Shown here: positions 7,764 through 16,877 of the stretch, one piece after another
Numbering within the stretch: position 1 is the first letter of the stretch
Layout: each line of letters opens with the position of its first letter
IMG/VR virus record: IMGVR_UViG_3300021139_000089
Location: 1-29,666 of that record
Reading direction: 5' to 3' (one strand)
Source of the DNA: a virus
Lineage: Duplodnaviria > Caudoviricetes
DNA length: 29,666 nucleotides
Notes under the pieces: generated by a model
Told to the model about the DNA's origin: nothing
Database searches by the model: none
The model's input: only the letters and a program-made list of their open reading frames with translations
Translations under genes and position numbers: made by a program

Positions 7764-9725
7764 ATGGCCTCAACTAAGGCAGCCACTATTCGTGGCGTAT
7801 TTCTAAAGCCAGGTCTTTCCAAGAATCGCCGTCTTTATACACGTGCAAACATTGCTAAGGCTGTAGAGCGAATGAAGAGTGCCCTTGACTCAGGTGAAGG
7901 AATGCCTCTAAACATGGCTACTAGCCACGCTGCGGCTTTTAAAGACGATGCAACTTCAACAGTTGGTCGCATTACAGACGTAAAACTTCTTCCTGACGGC
8001 TCTGCTCAATTTGAAGCAGAAATTGCAAACACCGCTCACGGCCGTGATGTTGCAAACCTTGCTGCTGGAAAGTTTATTAAAGGCGTTTCTATTCGTGGAG
8101 AATGGCGCGGAGAACCTTACTCAATTACCCACACAGATGGTAATGAGGCAACAACAGCAGATGACCTTGCCATTCATGGCATTGATTTCACCAACAGTCC
8201 TGGCGTTGACGGTGCAGAAATTCAATACGCTGCGCTCTCTGAATCACACAACCGACTTTCAATTTTTGAATCAATTGAAACAGTTGAAATTGTTTCTCGC
8301 AGTGAAGAACTAGTTGCTTCTGAAGCGGCAGATGTTATTCGTGATGCTGTTGAAGAAGCAGTAGAAGACGCTGTAAACAAGATTTTTGAAAAAGACACAT
8401 CTAAGCCTTACGGCGATGTTGCTTATGCTGACCCTGGTTATCAAAAAGATAAGGTTAAGCGTTACCCAATTAACGGAGCCGGACACGTTCGCTCTGCCTG
8501 GTCATACATTAACCAACCTAAAAATGCCGCTTTTTACACTGCTGCACAACTTGCACGAATCAAATCGCGCATTAAATCTGCAGCAAAAAAATATGGCGTA
8601 AATATTGTTAGTGAACAAGCACAACTTGCTGACGATTTTCAAGAAATTCTAGAAGCATATGCTTCAATTTCTCTTGTTAATGATTACGATACCATTAACA
8701 TTAGTGGTCAAACAAATGACCCTCACAAACTAAGGCTTGTTGCTAATCGTATTGCTTTTGGTGCCATTGCTGCTATGCACGCAATTGACCCAGATGACGA
8801 TGGTGACATTTACCTTTCTAAGCCAGATTGGTCCGCTGTTGACGCTACCGGTGACGCTGGCGGCATGGGACCAGAGGAAGAAATTATGACAAACGACAAC
8901 AACATGGAATGCGCAGAATGTGGTACTGAGTGCTACGAAGACGCAATTCATTGTCACATGTGTGGAGCGCAACTGCCAACTTCAATGACGGCAAAAGCGC
9001 TCGGCTGTGGTAACTGTGGAGCAACTGCTCCGCAGGATGCCATGTATTGCCCCACTTGTGGGGACCCCGTACCACAGGCAGAGTCAAGCGACAATGCCCC
9101 AACTCAAGAAATGGAGACAGAAGTGTCAGACGAAAACACCACGGAAGTGGCAGATGAAGTCACTGCTGTAGAAACTCCGGCTGAAGAGGCAACGCTTGAA
9201 ACCGCTGCTACTCGTACGCTGAGTGACGCAGACCTTCAGGCTCTTGCCGCAGTTATTGCTGCTGCAATTAAGCCAGTCGAATCAACACCTGAAGCAGTTG
9301 AGTCAGAAGTTGCACCTGAGGAAGTAGTTGCTGATGAAGCACCTGCCGCTGAAGAAGCAGCCGAAGAAGTAACTGCAGAAGAATCTATCGAATCACAGGA
9401 GAATACCGTGAACGAAAACACATTTACTATGGAGCAGGTTCAAGCCATGGTTGCAGAGGCCGCTGCTGCGGCTGCAACTGCCGCCGTTGCTGAAGCCAAG
9501 AAAAGCGCAACTGAATCTTACAGAAGTGGTCAAACCACTTTCCGTAAGGGACTTGTAGCGTCTTACGTAGGAAACGACGCCTCTGACTTGTCAGAGTCGG
9601 AGGAATTGGACCCACGTCAATTGGCTGAGATGTCTTCAACCAATTTCCGTAAGGTTCAAAGCGAAACATGGGGTGCTTCTCCATTTTTCGCAGCAAAGTT
9701 TGCTCAAGCCGACCGCGGCTTCTAA
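7764..9725 (+). CDS. Multidomain prohead (capsid maturation) protease / scaffold protein
   Basis: SD TAGGAG. N-terminal protease motifs SKNRRLY, ATSH (His), GVSIRG (Ser), GIDFTNSPG; then a YGDVAYADP..RYPI..HVRSAWSYIN domain, a DxDxDG loop, a double zinc ribbon (4x CxxC) and a Glu/Ala-rich scaffold-like tail; directly upstream of the capsid gene. Confidence 0.88.
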   Translation: MASTKAATIRGVFLKPGLSKNRRLYTRANIAKAVERMKSALDSGEGMPLNMATSHAAAFKDDATSTVGRITDVKLLPDGSAQFEAEIANTAHGRDVANLAAGKFIKGVSIRGEWRGEPYSITHTDGNEATTADDLAIHGIDFTNSPGVDGAEIQYAALSESHNRLSIFESIETVEIVSRSEELVASEAADVIRDAVEEAVEDAVNKIFEKDTSKPYGDVAYADPGYQKDKVKRYPINGAGHVRSAWSYINQPKNAAFYTAAQLARIKSRIKSAAKKYGVNIVSEQAQLADDFQEILEAYASISLVNDYDTINISGQTNDPHKLRLVANRIAFGAIAAMHAIDPDDDGDIYLSKPDWSAVDATGDAGGMGPEEEIMTNDNNMECAECGTECYEDAIHCHMCGAQLPTSMTAKALGCGNCGATAPQDAMYCPTCGDPVPQAESSDNAPTQEMETEVSDENTTEVADEVTAVETPAEEATLETAATRTLSDADLQALAAVIAAAIKPVESTPEAVESEVAPEEVVADEAPAAEEAAEEVTAEESIESQENTVNENTFTMEQVQAMVAEAAAAAATAAVAEAKKSATESYRSGQTTFRKGLVASYVGNDASDLSESEELDPRQLAEMSSTNFRKVQSETWGASPFFAAKFAQADRGF

Positions 9726-9774
9726 GCAATTAATTATCAAACCCCTATCCAAAAATATATAAGGAGAATTAGCC

Positions 9775-11313
9775 ATGGCTAACGATTTGGAAGAGGCCTT
9801 AACTGCTGCTGGTGCTGCTGCACTAGTTCAGAAGCAGATTGACCCAGTATTGCTTGAATACCAGCGCCGCTATGCGCCGCTAGTACGCTCGCTTCCTACG
9901 GTCAAGTGGGGCTCAACAGTTTACTACTTCAACAAGCGTACAACGCTTCCTCAGGGCGGATTCGTCACTGACGGCGGTGCACGACCTGTATCAACATCTA
10001 ACTACGCTCAGGAGAACTTTCAGATTCGTCTGCTCCAGAGCGTTGGTGCGGTAACCGGTTACTCACAGTCAGTTACGGCTGACTTGATTGGTGACCTCCG
10101 TGCCCGTGAAATCGAGGGCGCTGCCCGCGGTCTTTACTGGGACATGGAAACCGCTATTCTTTGGGGTGCTGGTGCACCTACTCAGAACGGTGCTTACCCA
10201 CAATTTGACGGACTTGACGTTATTGCTTCGTCATTCTCGTCTGCATCTACTGGCGGCCCTTCACAGGGAATCGGCGGCGGAACAATTGACAACTACGGTG
10301 GTGCTTCTGTATGGGGCGCTCCAACATTCAACCCTTGGGTTGATGGTGTAGACCAGAACGCAATTGACGCTGGCGGAAACAGCCTTACTCTCGGAAGCCT
10401 CGACCTTCTCATTGACCTCGTTGAATCGAACGTCGCAGAGCCAGTTGAGAACTCAGAGTGGATGTTCCTCATGTCACCTTCAGCCAACAGCCGTCTGTCA
10501 CAGTTGCTCGTCAACCAACAGCGTTTTGTTGACCAGGTTGAAATTGAGGCCGGTCTTATCGTACCTACATACCGTGGTGTACCAATTGTTAAGACTTCAT
10601 TCCTTTCACCACGTACCAACAAGATGGGCACAGTAGTTGCTACTAAGGGAACCGGTGGAAGCCTTCCTTCAGTTGCGCTTAACTACCAAGTTGCTCCTGT
10701 TATTGCTCGTTTCGGTGAAATCCAGGCTTCTTCTGTTGCTACTGCAACTCCAGACGCAAGTGGAACAGTTGCTCTTACTTTCTCAACCCCAACGGGTCCA
10801 GAAGGTTCACAACCAACACACTACAAGGTTTACCGTAACTACACAGTTGCAGGCACTAACGCCACAGTAACCCTTCTTGGAATTGTTGACGCATCATTCT
10901 TGGACAGCACAGGCAACATTTGGGCTACCACTAAGATTGTTGACAACGGAACCACTCTTGTTGCTGCTAACGGAAGTAACGTACAGGCTTCGCCTACTGC
11001 GTCTTACTCTTACTTCAACAATGGCCTTAAGCCACTTACCTCAAACGGTGAGCAAAGCATTTACCTCATGTCACGTGACCCGAACTACATCGTTCGTCCA
11101 TTCGTGCGTGAAATGCAACCTATTAGCGTTTACCCAACTACTGCATCACCTGACAGCCTGCCATTCGCATTCGTTGCGGACACCACGCTTGCTGTTCGTG
11201 CGCCTAAGTACATTGGTCGTTTGGCTAACGTTGCTGCTGCACTGGACAAGACTGCTGGAAACGGAATCCTCCCAACCTCAACGTCTTACAGTCCATCGTT
11301 CCAAGTTGACTAA
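9775..11313 (+). CDS. Major capsid protein (HK97 fold) with inserted Ig/FN3-like domain
   Basis: Strong SD AAGGAG; position after protease/scaffold; motifs METAILWG..QFDGLD and YRGVPIV; followed by a strong hairpin. Confidence 0.9.
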   Translation: MANDLEEALTAAGAAALVQKQIDPVLLEYQRRYAPLVRSLPTVKWGSTVYYFNKRTTLPQGGFVTDGGARPVSTSNYAQENFQIRLLQSVGAVTGYSQSVTADLIGDLRAREIEGAARGLYWDMETAILWGAGAPTQNGAYPQFDGLDVIASSFSSASTGGPSQGIGGGTIDNYGGASVWGAPTFNPWVDGVDQNAIDAGGNSLTLGSLDLLIDLVESNVAEPVENSEWMFLMSPSANSRLSQLLVNQQRFVDQVEIEAGLIVPTYRGVPIVKTSFLSPRTNKMGTVVATKGTGGSLPSVALNYQVAPVIARFGEIQASSVATATPDASGTVALTFSTPTGPEGSQPTHYKVYRNYTVAGTNATVTLLGIVDASFLDSTGNIWATTKIVDNGTTLVAANGSNVQASPTASYSYFNNGLKPLTSNGEQSIYLMSRDPNYIVRPFVREMQPISVYPTTASPDSLPFAFVADTTLAVRAPKYIGRLANVAAALDKTAGNGILPTSTSYSPSFQVD

Positions 11314-11342
11314 TCTTTAGTCACCTTAACAGGTAATAAAGT

Positions 11343-11402
11343 TTCAGCGTAGGGGTCAGGTTCCCTCGTTCCTCCCCTGACCTCTACGCTGGATTTATCT
11401 TT
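11343..11402 (+). terminator. Long stem-loop/intrinsic terminator after the capsid gene
   Basis: 18-bp stem, 11343-11360 paired with 11376-11393 (two G-U), 15-nt pyrimidine-rich loop, followed by TTTATCTTT. Confidence 0.8.
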
Positions 11403-11415
11403 GAAAGGCTTTACC

Positions 11416-11709
11416 ATGGTTTTACTAGCAAAATACGAAACAGGCGGCGCTGCCGGACTTGTTTGGGAAAAGGCTGGCGATGAGGGTGCTATTGAGGTTA
11501 CTCCTTGGTTTGCCCACGAATTGCTATCTATTCCCGGTGACCTTTTTTACGTTGTAGAAAAGGAAATCAAAAAGGTAGAAAAAGAAGTAGAAAAAGTAAC
11601 CAAGAAAGCAACTCCTGTAGTTGCTGAAACGGAAATTATTGCTACTGAAGACATTGCAGAAGCAATTGCAACTGCATCACCAACTAAGCGTCGTTCAACG
11701 AAAGAATAG
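11416..11709 (+). CDS. Hypothetical head-associated protein
   Basis: ATG 11416 after AAAGG preferred to the TTG at 11401; charged low-complexity C-terminus typical of small post-capsid genes. Confidence 0.7.
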   Translation: MVLLAKYETGGAAGLVWEKAGDEGAIEVTPWFAHELLSIPGDLFYVVEKEIKKVEKEVEKVTKKATPVVAETEIIATEDIAEAIATASPTKRRSTKE

Positions 11710-11716
11710 GTAACTC

Positions 11717-12403
11717 ATGGCAAACAACGGGTCACAATACAGCGACCCTGTTTCGCTTGCCAGCGTTGCAGACCTTGCACGTCGCTATCCTGAGTTAGTT
11801 GTTGACCTTGAACCAACTGTCCTTGCAGACATTTTGGCCGAGGCAACAGCACACTTAGAGGACCGTACGGGTCGCCGCTTGGCACCGTTTACGGGCCACA
11901 TTTATCAAGACCGTCTTTTCGGAATAGACCCCGCAGAATACGGCAATAACGCAGACATGCCTATGGACATCTATGGTGCACTGGGTATGTCACAAGCCAT
12001 TGCACTTGGAGCGTCAACGCTCGTGCGTCACTTTTGGCTTGACCAATTTGCTCCGGTTTATCCGGAACTTTGGACTTACACAGTTGAGTCCATGAATATA
12101 TACCGTACATACGGTGACTTTCAACCAATTGACTTTGCTCATGGTGGCGTTCGCGGTCCGGACGTAACTGACGGGCACGTTTGGATTCGTCTGGGTACTT
12201 TTGCCCCAGAAGGAAGTCGTATTCAAGTTGTTTACAGTGGCGGATACACTAAAGGTATTCCACCATCGCTTCGTCGCGCCTGCTTGTTCCAGGCCGCTAA
12301 GTTCATCATTCTTGAGTTTGAACCACAAACTCGTCGTGAAATGAATCTAGACCAAATTGACCAACAGATTGATAGTTTGATTGCCCCTTGGGTTCGTGGC
12401 TAG
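11717..12403 (+). CDS. Head-tail connector/adaptor (gp6/gp15-like)
   Basis: LASVADL..., EATAHLEDRTGR and IQVVYSGGY..IPPSLRRACL motifs; position after the capsid. Confidence 0.8.
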   Translation: MANNGSQYSDPVSLASVADLARRYPELVVDLEPTVLADILAEATAHLEDRTGRRLAPFTGHIYQDRLFGIDPAEYGNNADMPMDIYGALGMSQAIALGASTLVRHFWLDQFAPVYPELWTYTVESMNIYRTYGDFQPIDFAHGGVRGPDVTDGHVWIRLGTFAPEGSRIQVVYSGGYTKGIPPSLRRACLFQAAKFIILEFEPQTRREMNLDQIDQQIDSLIAPWVRG

Positions 12404-12405
12404 AA

Positions 12406-13326
12406 ATGGCCTATGTCCGTTCGACATCAGAAACTCCTGGATGGCAAAAAGGTATTAAATCTCTTGACTCAGCAATAGCAAAAATAACAATAATGAAGGC
12501 GCGTGTCGAAGACATGCAACCTGCTCTTAATGACATTGCTCAAGAATTTGCTCTTATGGAAGCGCAACGTTTTAGAAACAATGGTGTTTCTTCTGAGTTT
12601 GGTACTAAAAAATGGCCAGAACTTGAAGAATCAACTATCAAAAGACGTCAGTACGATGATAAATCTAACCATGGTAGTGAAGCACTTGACGCAAGAGGAT
12701 ATCTTGCCAACGCTGCTTCTGCTCCTAAATTTGAATTTTTTGGTAAAAACAGCATTGCTCTTATAATTAACCCAAGTGGCAAAGGTCGTCCAAGTTCTTA
12801 TACACGTGGACATGACTATGGTTTCTATCAACAAAATAGTAAAAAATATAACCGACACAATAAAGATTTTGAGTTTGTAACCATAACACCAGAATTTCTT
12901 GGTTTTGCCAAGATTATTGTTGAAAGATACATTCTTGGTGGAGTTGCAACAAAATCAAATGCTGAAAAAGCAAAGATTCCATCTGACCACGCAAGTGGCG
13001 ATATCGCAAAAGGTATCAGGGAACGCCGAGCACGCAAAGTTCGTCAAAATCGTGAATTGAAAAAGTCTCTTGACAAAAGGGCACCTGAGTATATTTCTTA
13101 CGGTAAACACATGCAAATACTTAAGCCAGGTAAAACTGCGGCTAAACATCAAGAAGAACTTGTCGCTTCTAAATCTATTGAAAATATGTCAAGGGCTGAA
13201 TTTCAACAATTCAGAATTGAATCACGAAAAGCAGTTAATTCTGCTTTAAGGCAAATTGACAAAAGTAAAGTAGAAAAACAATTGGGTCAGTATCTTAATG
13301 GTGACCCTCACATGAGGAAACCATAA
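12406..13326 (+). CDS. Neck/virion morphogenesis protein (Mu gpG / HK97 gp10-like) with basic C-terminal extension
   Basis: DMQPALNDIA..QRF...KWPELEESTIKRR...LDARGYL pattern; ATG 12406 preferred to the overlapping 12388 start. Confidence 0.65.
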   Translation: MAYVRSTSETPGWQKGIKSLDSAIAKITIMKARVEDMQPALNDIAQEFALMEAQRFRNNGVSSEFGTKKWPELEESTIKRRQYDDKSNHGSEALDARGYLANAASAPKFEFFGKNSIALIINPSGKGRPSSYTRGHDYGFYQQNSKKYNRHNKDFEFVTITPEFLGFAKIIVERYILGGVATKSNAEKAKIPSDHASGDIAKGIRERRARKVRQNRELKKSLDKRAPEYISYGKHMQILKPGKTAAKHQEELVASKSIENMSRAEFQQFRIESRKAVNSALRQIDKSKVEKQLGQYLNGDPHMRKP

Positions 13327-13961
13327 TGGCACAACGTGACTGGTGGCAAGACTGGAGTCTTTCCTACGCTGACAATACTTTTGGTACCATTACAGGTGGT
13401 CACTCAGTACAAGAAGCAGCATACAACACTTTGCAAAAATGGCTTCCAACGTACATTGCAGAATTTAACAGAATGCTTGGTAGCACGGTTTTGGTTGAAC
13501 CATTTGAGTATCGCCACCGTCCTGAGTTTCGTACTTTGCCCCGTCAAGCGGCTGCGGCAATTTTATTGAGTGTTCCAACTACGGTTGGTCCACCAGAAAT
13601 TTTTCAAACAAACATTCGCGCTAACTGGCGTCTTGAGGCGATGGTATATGTCTACGGTACAAAAGATTGGCAAGAAACAGAGGCACTTACGCAAGCCTAC
13701 GCGGCCTGTGTCCGAGCCTGTCTTATTCAACAACGCGGTCTTGGTGGTTTCGCTGAAACTACACTTTGGGATGGCGAAGAATATTTGGAAGGCGAACACA
13801 GTAGTGGCCGTACAACCGGCATTGCACACGTTCGTTTTATTGTAACGGTTGGAAATGCAATGGATATGTATGGTGGTCCACCTGCCCCTTCAACAGCGGC
13901 ACCAGAACCACTAACCATTGTTACATCAGCCAACATCCAGGTAGAGAAAGAACAACTATGA
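13326..13961 (+). CDS. Putative tail completion/terminator protein
   Basis: Position between neck and sheath genes; TAATG-coupled; alpha/beta pattern (YAACVRACLIQQ). Assigned mainly by synteny. Confidence 0.55.
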   Translation: MAQRDWWQDWSLSYADNTFGTITGGHSVQEAAYNTLQKWLPTYIAEFNRMLGSTVLVEPFEYRHRPEFRTLPRQAAAAILLSVPTTVGPPEIFQTNIRANWRLEAMVYVYGTKDWQETEALTQAYAACVRACLIQQRGLGGFAETTLWDGEEYLEGEHSSGRTTGIAHVRFIVTVGNAMDMYGGPPAPSTAAPEPLTIVTSANIQVEKEQL

Positions 13962-14212
13962 GCAAGAAACATGTTTTAGTACAGGCCCCACACGTCATTC
14001 TTGATGCAGAAGGCCGCCAAATGTCCCCAGGACACGATTACAACGTTGCTGAGAGCGAACTCATTTTGAGTTATATCTCAGAAGGATTTTTAACAATTAT
14101 TGAATCTGCCCCTGAAAAGGAAATTCAACAAGAAATTAAAAAGACAGCAGTACCAACAAAGAACGTAAAGACTCAGGAAACTGAATCTACTAATCTCACA
14201 GGAGAACTCTAA
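13958..14212 (+). CDS. Small hypothetical protein preceding the sheath
   Basis: ATGA and TAATG overlaps at both ends. Confidence 0.75.
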   Translation: MSKKHVLVQAPHVILDAEGRQMSPGHDYNVAESELILSYISEGFLTIIESAPEKEIQQEIKKTAVPTKNVKTQETESTNLTGEL

Positions 14213-15738
14213 TGGCTAATCAAGCCCCAGGCATTTCAATTAATGTTACTGCCGCAGCACCATCTTCTGCTACCAACAACCCAACAGGAACATGGTTCAC
14301 TCTTGGAGTTGCAGCAGGCCCAGCCGGTGTCGCAGTACCAATCAACTCAATGAGCGACTTCAACACTTATTTTGGTAAAATTGTAAACGGAACCTTAACT
14401 GGTCGTTATTCAATTGCTAATGTTGACAGCACTCTTCTATACGACGCACTTGACGTTTTCTTCCGCGAAGGTGGAGTAAGCGCAGTTGTTTCACGTGTTC
14501 AACCTACATCTACTGGTGTAGCCGCAACCTCAACAACTACTGGTGGTAAGATTCTTCTTACGGCTAATGGTAAGGGTACTTGGGCTAACTCAAGCAACTC
14601 AGCAGCAGACGGTGTAATTCTTACAATTACTGGCGTAACTGTACAGGGTTCAACACAATACATTGCAAACATTGCTTACAACGGAACAATCACTGCTTCG
14701 GCAAAGGGTCTTGTAACTGACACTGACGTAATCAACTGGGTTAACTCAGTTGCACCATACAAGTCATTTGTGACTGCAAGTTCAATTTCAGGTTCAACAG
14801 TACTTCCTGCAACTGGCGACAGCGTTTCAATCTACCTTACTGGTGGAACTGACGTTGCCGTAGCGGACGCAGACGTAACAACAGCACTTGCTGTTCTTAC
14901 CGACATCTATGGTGCTGGACAAATTTCATACCCTGGTAACACCAGCGTAACTGTACAAACTGCTCTTGTTAACCACGCTGCTGCATCTAACCGCGTTGCT
15001 TTCCTTGACGCCCCAAACACCGCAACTGTTGCAACACTAACAAGTGCTGCTGCAAGCGTTCAGGGCTCTGCAGACGACCCATCATACGGTGCTATGTTTG
15101 CTCCTTGGATTAACGTACCTGGTGTTTCTCAAAACACTACATTTAACCGTACCGTTGCCCCATCGGCACTTGCTGCTGCTAAGGTTGCAAAGAGTGACCT
15201 TGCAAATGACGCTAACGTTCCTGCTGCTGGTATTGTATCAGGTGCTTCTTCATACGCAGTTAACGTAACTCAATCTTACGGTTCAACAGACCGCGGAAAC
15301 CTCAACGCTGCTGGCGTTAACGTTATTAGACTTGTTCCTAACGTTGGTATTATTGCAATTTACGGATTCCGTTCACTTGCAATTGACCCTAACTGGACAT
15401 TCCTAAACAACGTACGTTTCCGTATGCAAGTTACTCGTGACTTTGATGTTGTTGGAGAAGGTTTTATCTTCCAAGAAATTGACGGAAAAAACCAAATTTT
15501 CTCTACTCTTGCTGGAGCACTTGCAGGCCTTTGCTCATCTTACTGGATGCGCAAGAGCATTTACGGAGACACTGCATCAGCAGCATACTCTGTAAACTGT
15601 GGACCACAAGTTAACACACCTGCAACTATTGCCGCTGGTCAAATTAACGCACAAGTTAATCTTAAAATGTCCCCATTTGGTGAGTTTGTAACTATCAACG
15701 TTACTAAGTACGCAGCCAACGCAAACATTCCTCAATAA
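14212..15738 (+). CDS. Contractile tail sheath protein
   Basis: N-terminal APGISI; FFREGG; LTGGTD; NRVAFLDAP; FAPWI; LNAAGVNVIR..IYGFRSL..WTFLNNVR; PFGEFVTI. Confidence 0.95.
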   Translation: MANQAPGISINVTAAAPSSATNNPTGTWFTLGVAAGPAGVAVPINSMSDFNTYFGKIVNGTLTGRYSIANVDSTLLYDALDVFFREGGVSAVVSRVQPTSTGVAATSTTTGGKILLTANGKGTWANSSNSAADGVILTITGVTVQGSTQYIANIAYNGTITASAKGLVTDTDVINWVNSVAPYKSFVTASSISGSTVLPATGDSVSIYLTGGTDVAVADADVTTALAVLTDIYGAGQISYPGNTSVTVQTALVNHAAASNRVAFLDAPNTATVATLTSAAASVQGSADDPSYGAMFAPWINVPGVSQNTTFNRTVAPSALAAAKVAKSDLANDANVPAAGIVSGASSYAVNVTQSYGSTDRGNLNAAGVNVIRLVPNVGIIAIYGFRSLAIDPNWTFLNNVRFRMQVTRDFDVVGEGFIFQEIDGKNQIFSTLAGALAGLCSSYWMRKSIYGDTASAAYSVNCGPQVNTPATIAAGQINAQVNLKMSPFGEFVTINVTKYAANANIPQ

Positions 15739-15765
15739 TCTAATAAAGTCTAAGGAGAAATTACA

Positions 15766-16281
15766 ATGGCTTACTCAACACCAACACACTACTACGGTTC
15801 AGAGCAACAGTGGCTTGCCACCTTGTCTTTTACCAATTTGCCACTAGGCATTAGCACCACCGCTGTATCAACATCAACAACTATTATCTTTGACAAATTT
15901 GCTGGTGGAGACACATCTGCTCCAACAAACAAGCACCGTCCTGGTGGAATGGGAAATGAAGTAACATATGCTTCACTCCCTACTTACTCAGACGTAACGC
16001 TTACAAAGGCATACAACACACAGGCTGACCACGACATTGTTGGTGACATTCACAAACTTGTTGGTAAGGCAATGGTTACAGTTAACCTTCAACCACTAGA
16101 CGACACAGGAACCCCTTGGGGAACTGCTCGTAACTACTACGGACGCATTGCTTCTGTTAAAGACGGTGGAACCGACTCTAACAGCAACGCTACTCGTATG
16201 TGGGAAATTGACATTTCCGTTGAAAGCCTTTCAGACGTTGCTGCTGCAAAGACCCTTTCTAAGGACGAATTTACGGCTTAA
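15766..16281 (+). CDS. Tail tube protein
   Basis: Follows the sheath; SD TAAGGAG; 171 aa; FDKFAGG, RPGGMG and DVTLTKAY motifs. Confidence 0.85.
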   Translation: MAYSTPTHYYGSEQQWLATLSFTNLPLGISTTAVSTSTTIIFDKFAGGDTSAPTNKHRPGGMGNEVTYASLPTYSDVTLTKAYNTQADHDIVGDIHKLVGKAMVTVNLQPLDDTGTPWGTARNYYGRIASVKDGGTDSNSNATRMWEIDISVESLSDVAAAKTLSKDEFTA

Positions 16282-16337
16282 GTTTAATTACTTGACTCTT
16301 GTAGTATAGTATTACATACAACACCATAGGAGGAAAC

Positions 16338-16877
16338 ATGGTTGATTTTAATATTAATAATGGCGAAGATATTGTGAACGAAACTGATAAGGTGGCGGTG
16401 GCTGAGACTCCGGTCCTAGACACCCCCCTTATCGGTCTTCGTAAGCGTCGTGAGCAAATCGTAAACGAATTGTTCATTGACATTAAAGTGCCCCGTTGGG
16501 ACACACCAGAGATTTACATTCGCTTTAAGCCGGTTTCGGCAATGAAGTTGAATTCTACTATTGCACGTCGAAGCAAGGAAAAGGGCACCGACTGGTCATA
16601 CTTGGCTAATGCGGACATGCTCGTTGACTCATGTGTCGGTATCTACGCAGTTGTTGATGGTGATGAAGACAACAAGTTGTCACTTCGTCTAGACGACCCA
16701 CGTGGTTCTTGGACTAAGTTTGACCCAGACCTTTCAGCAGCATTAGGCATTGAAGCAGTTCGTGCCGTTGACGCTTGTCAGGCATTGTTCCTTACGGAAG
16801 GCGACCTCATTGAGACCGCTAACAAATTATTCCGTTGGAGTAACATTGCAAACAATGAGGCTGACGAAAGTTTTTAA
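16338..16877 (+). CDS. Tail assembly chaperone (gpG-like)
   Basis: Between tube and tape measure; SD AGGAGG; ends in GAA AGT TTT TAA, a slip-prone U-run at the stop. Confidence 0.8.
   Translation: MVDFNINNGEDIVNETDKVAVAETPVLDTPLIGLRKRREQIVNELFIDIKVPRWDTPEIYIRFKPVSAMKLNSTIARRSKEKGTDWSYLANADMLVDSCVGIYAVVDGDEDNKLSLRLDDPRGSWTKFDPDLSAALGIEAVRAVDACQALFLTEGDLIETANKLFRWSNIANNEADESF

Noticed and set aside
9123-9500. Glu/Ala-rich repetitive DNA as a tandem repeat
   Set aside because: Low-complexity coding sequence without a fixed repeat unit.
16282-16320. Canonical sigma70 promoter before the tail chaperone
   Set aside because: TTGACT and the TAGTAT/TATAGT hexamers are only 4-9 nt apart; kept only as part of the recurring-motif finding.
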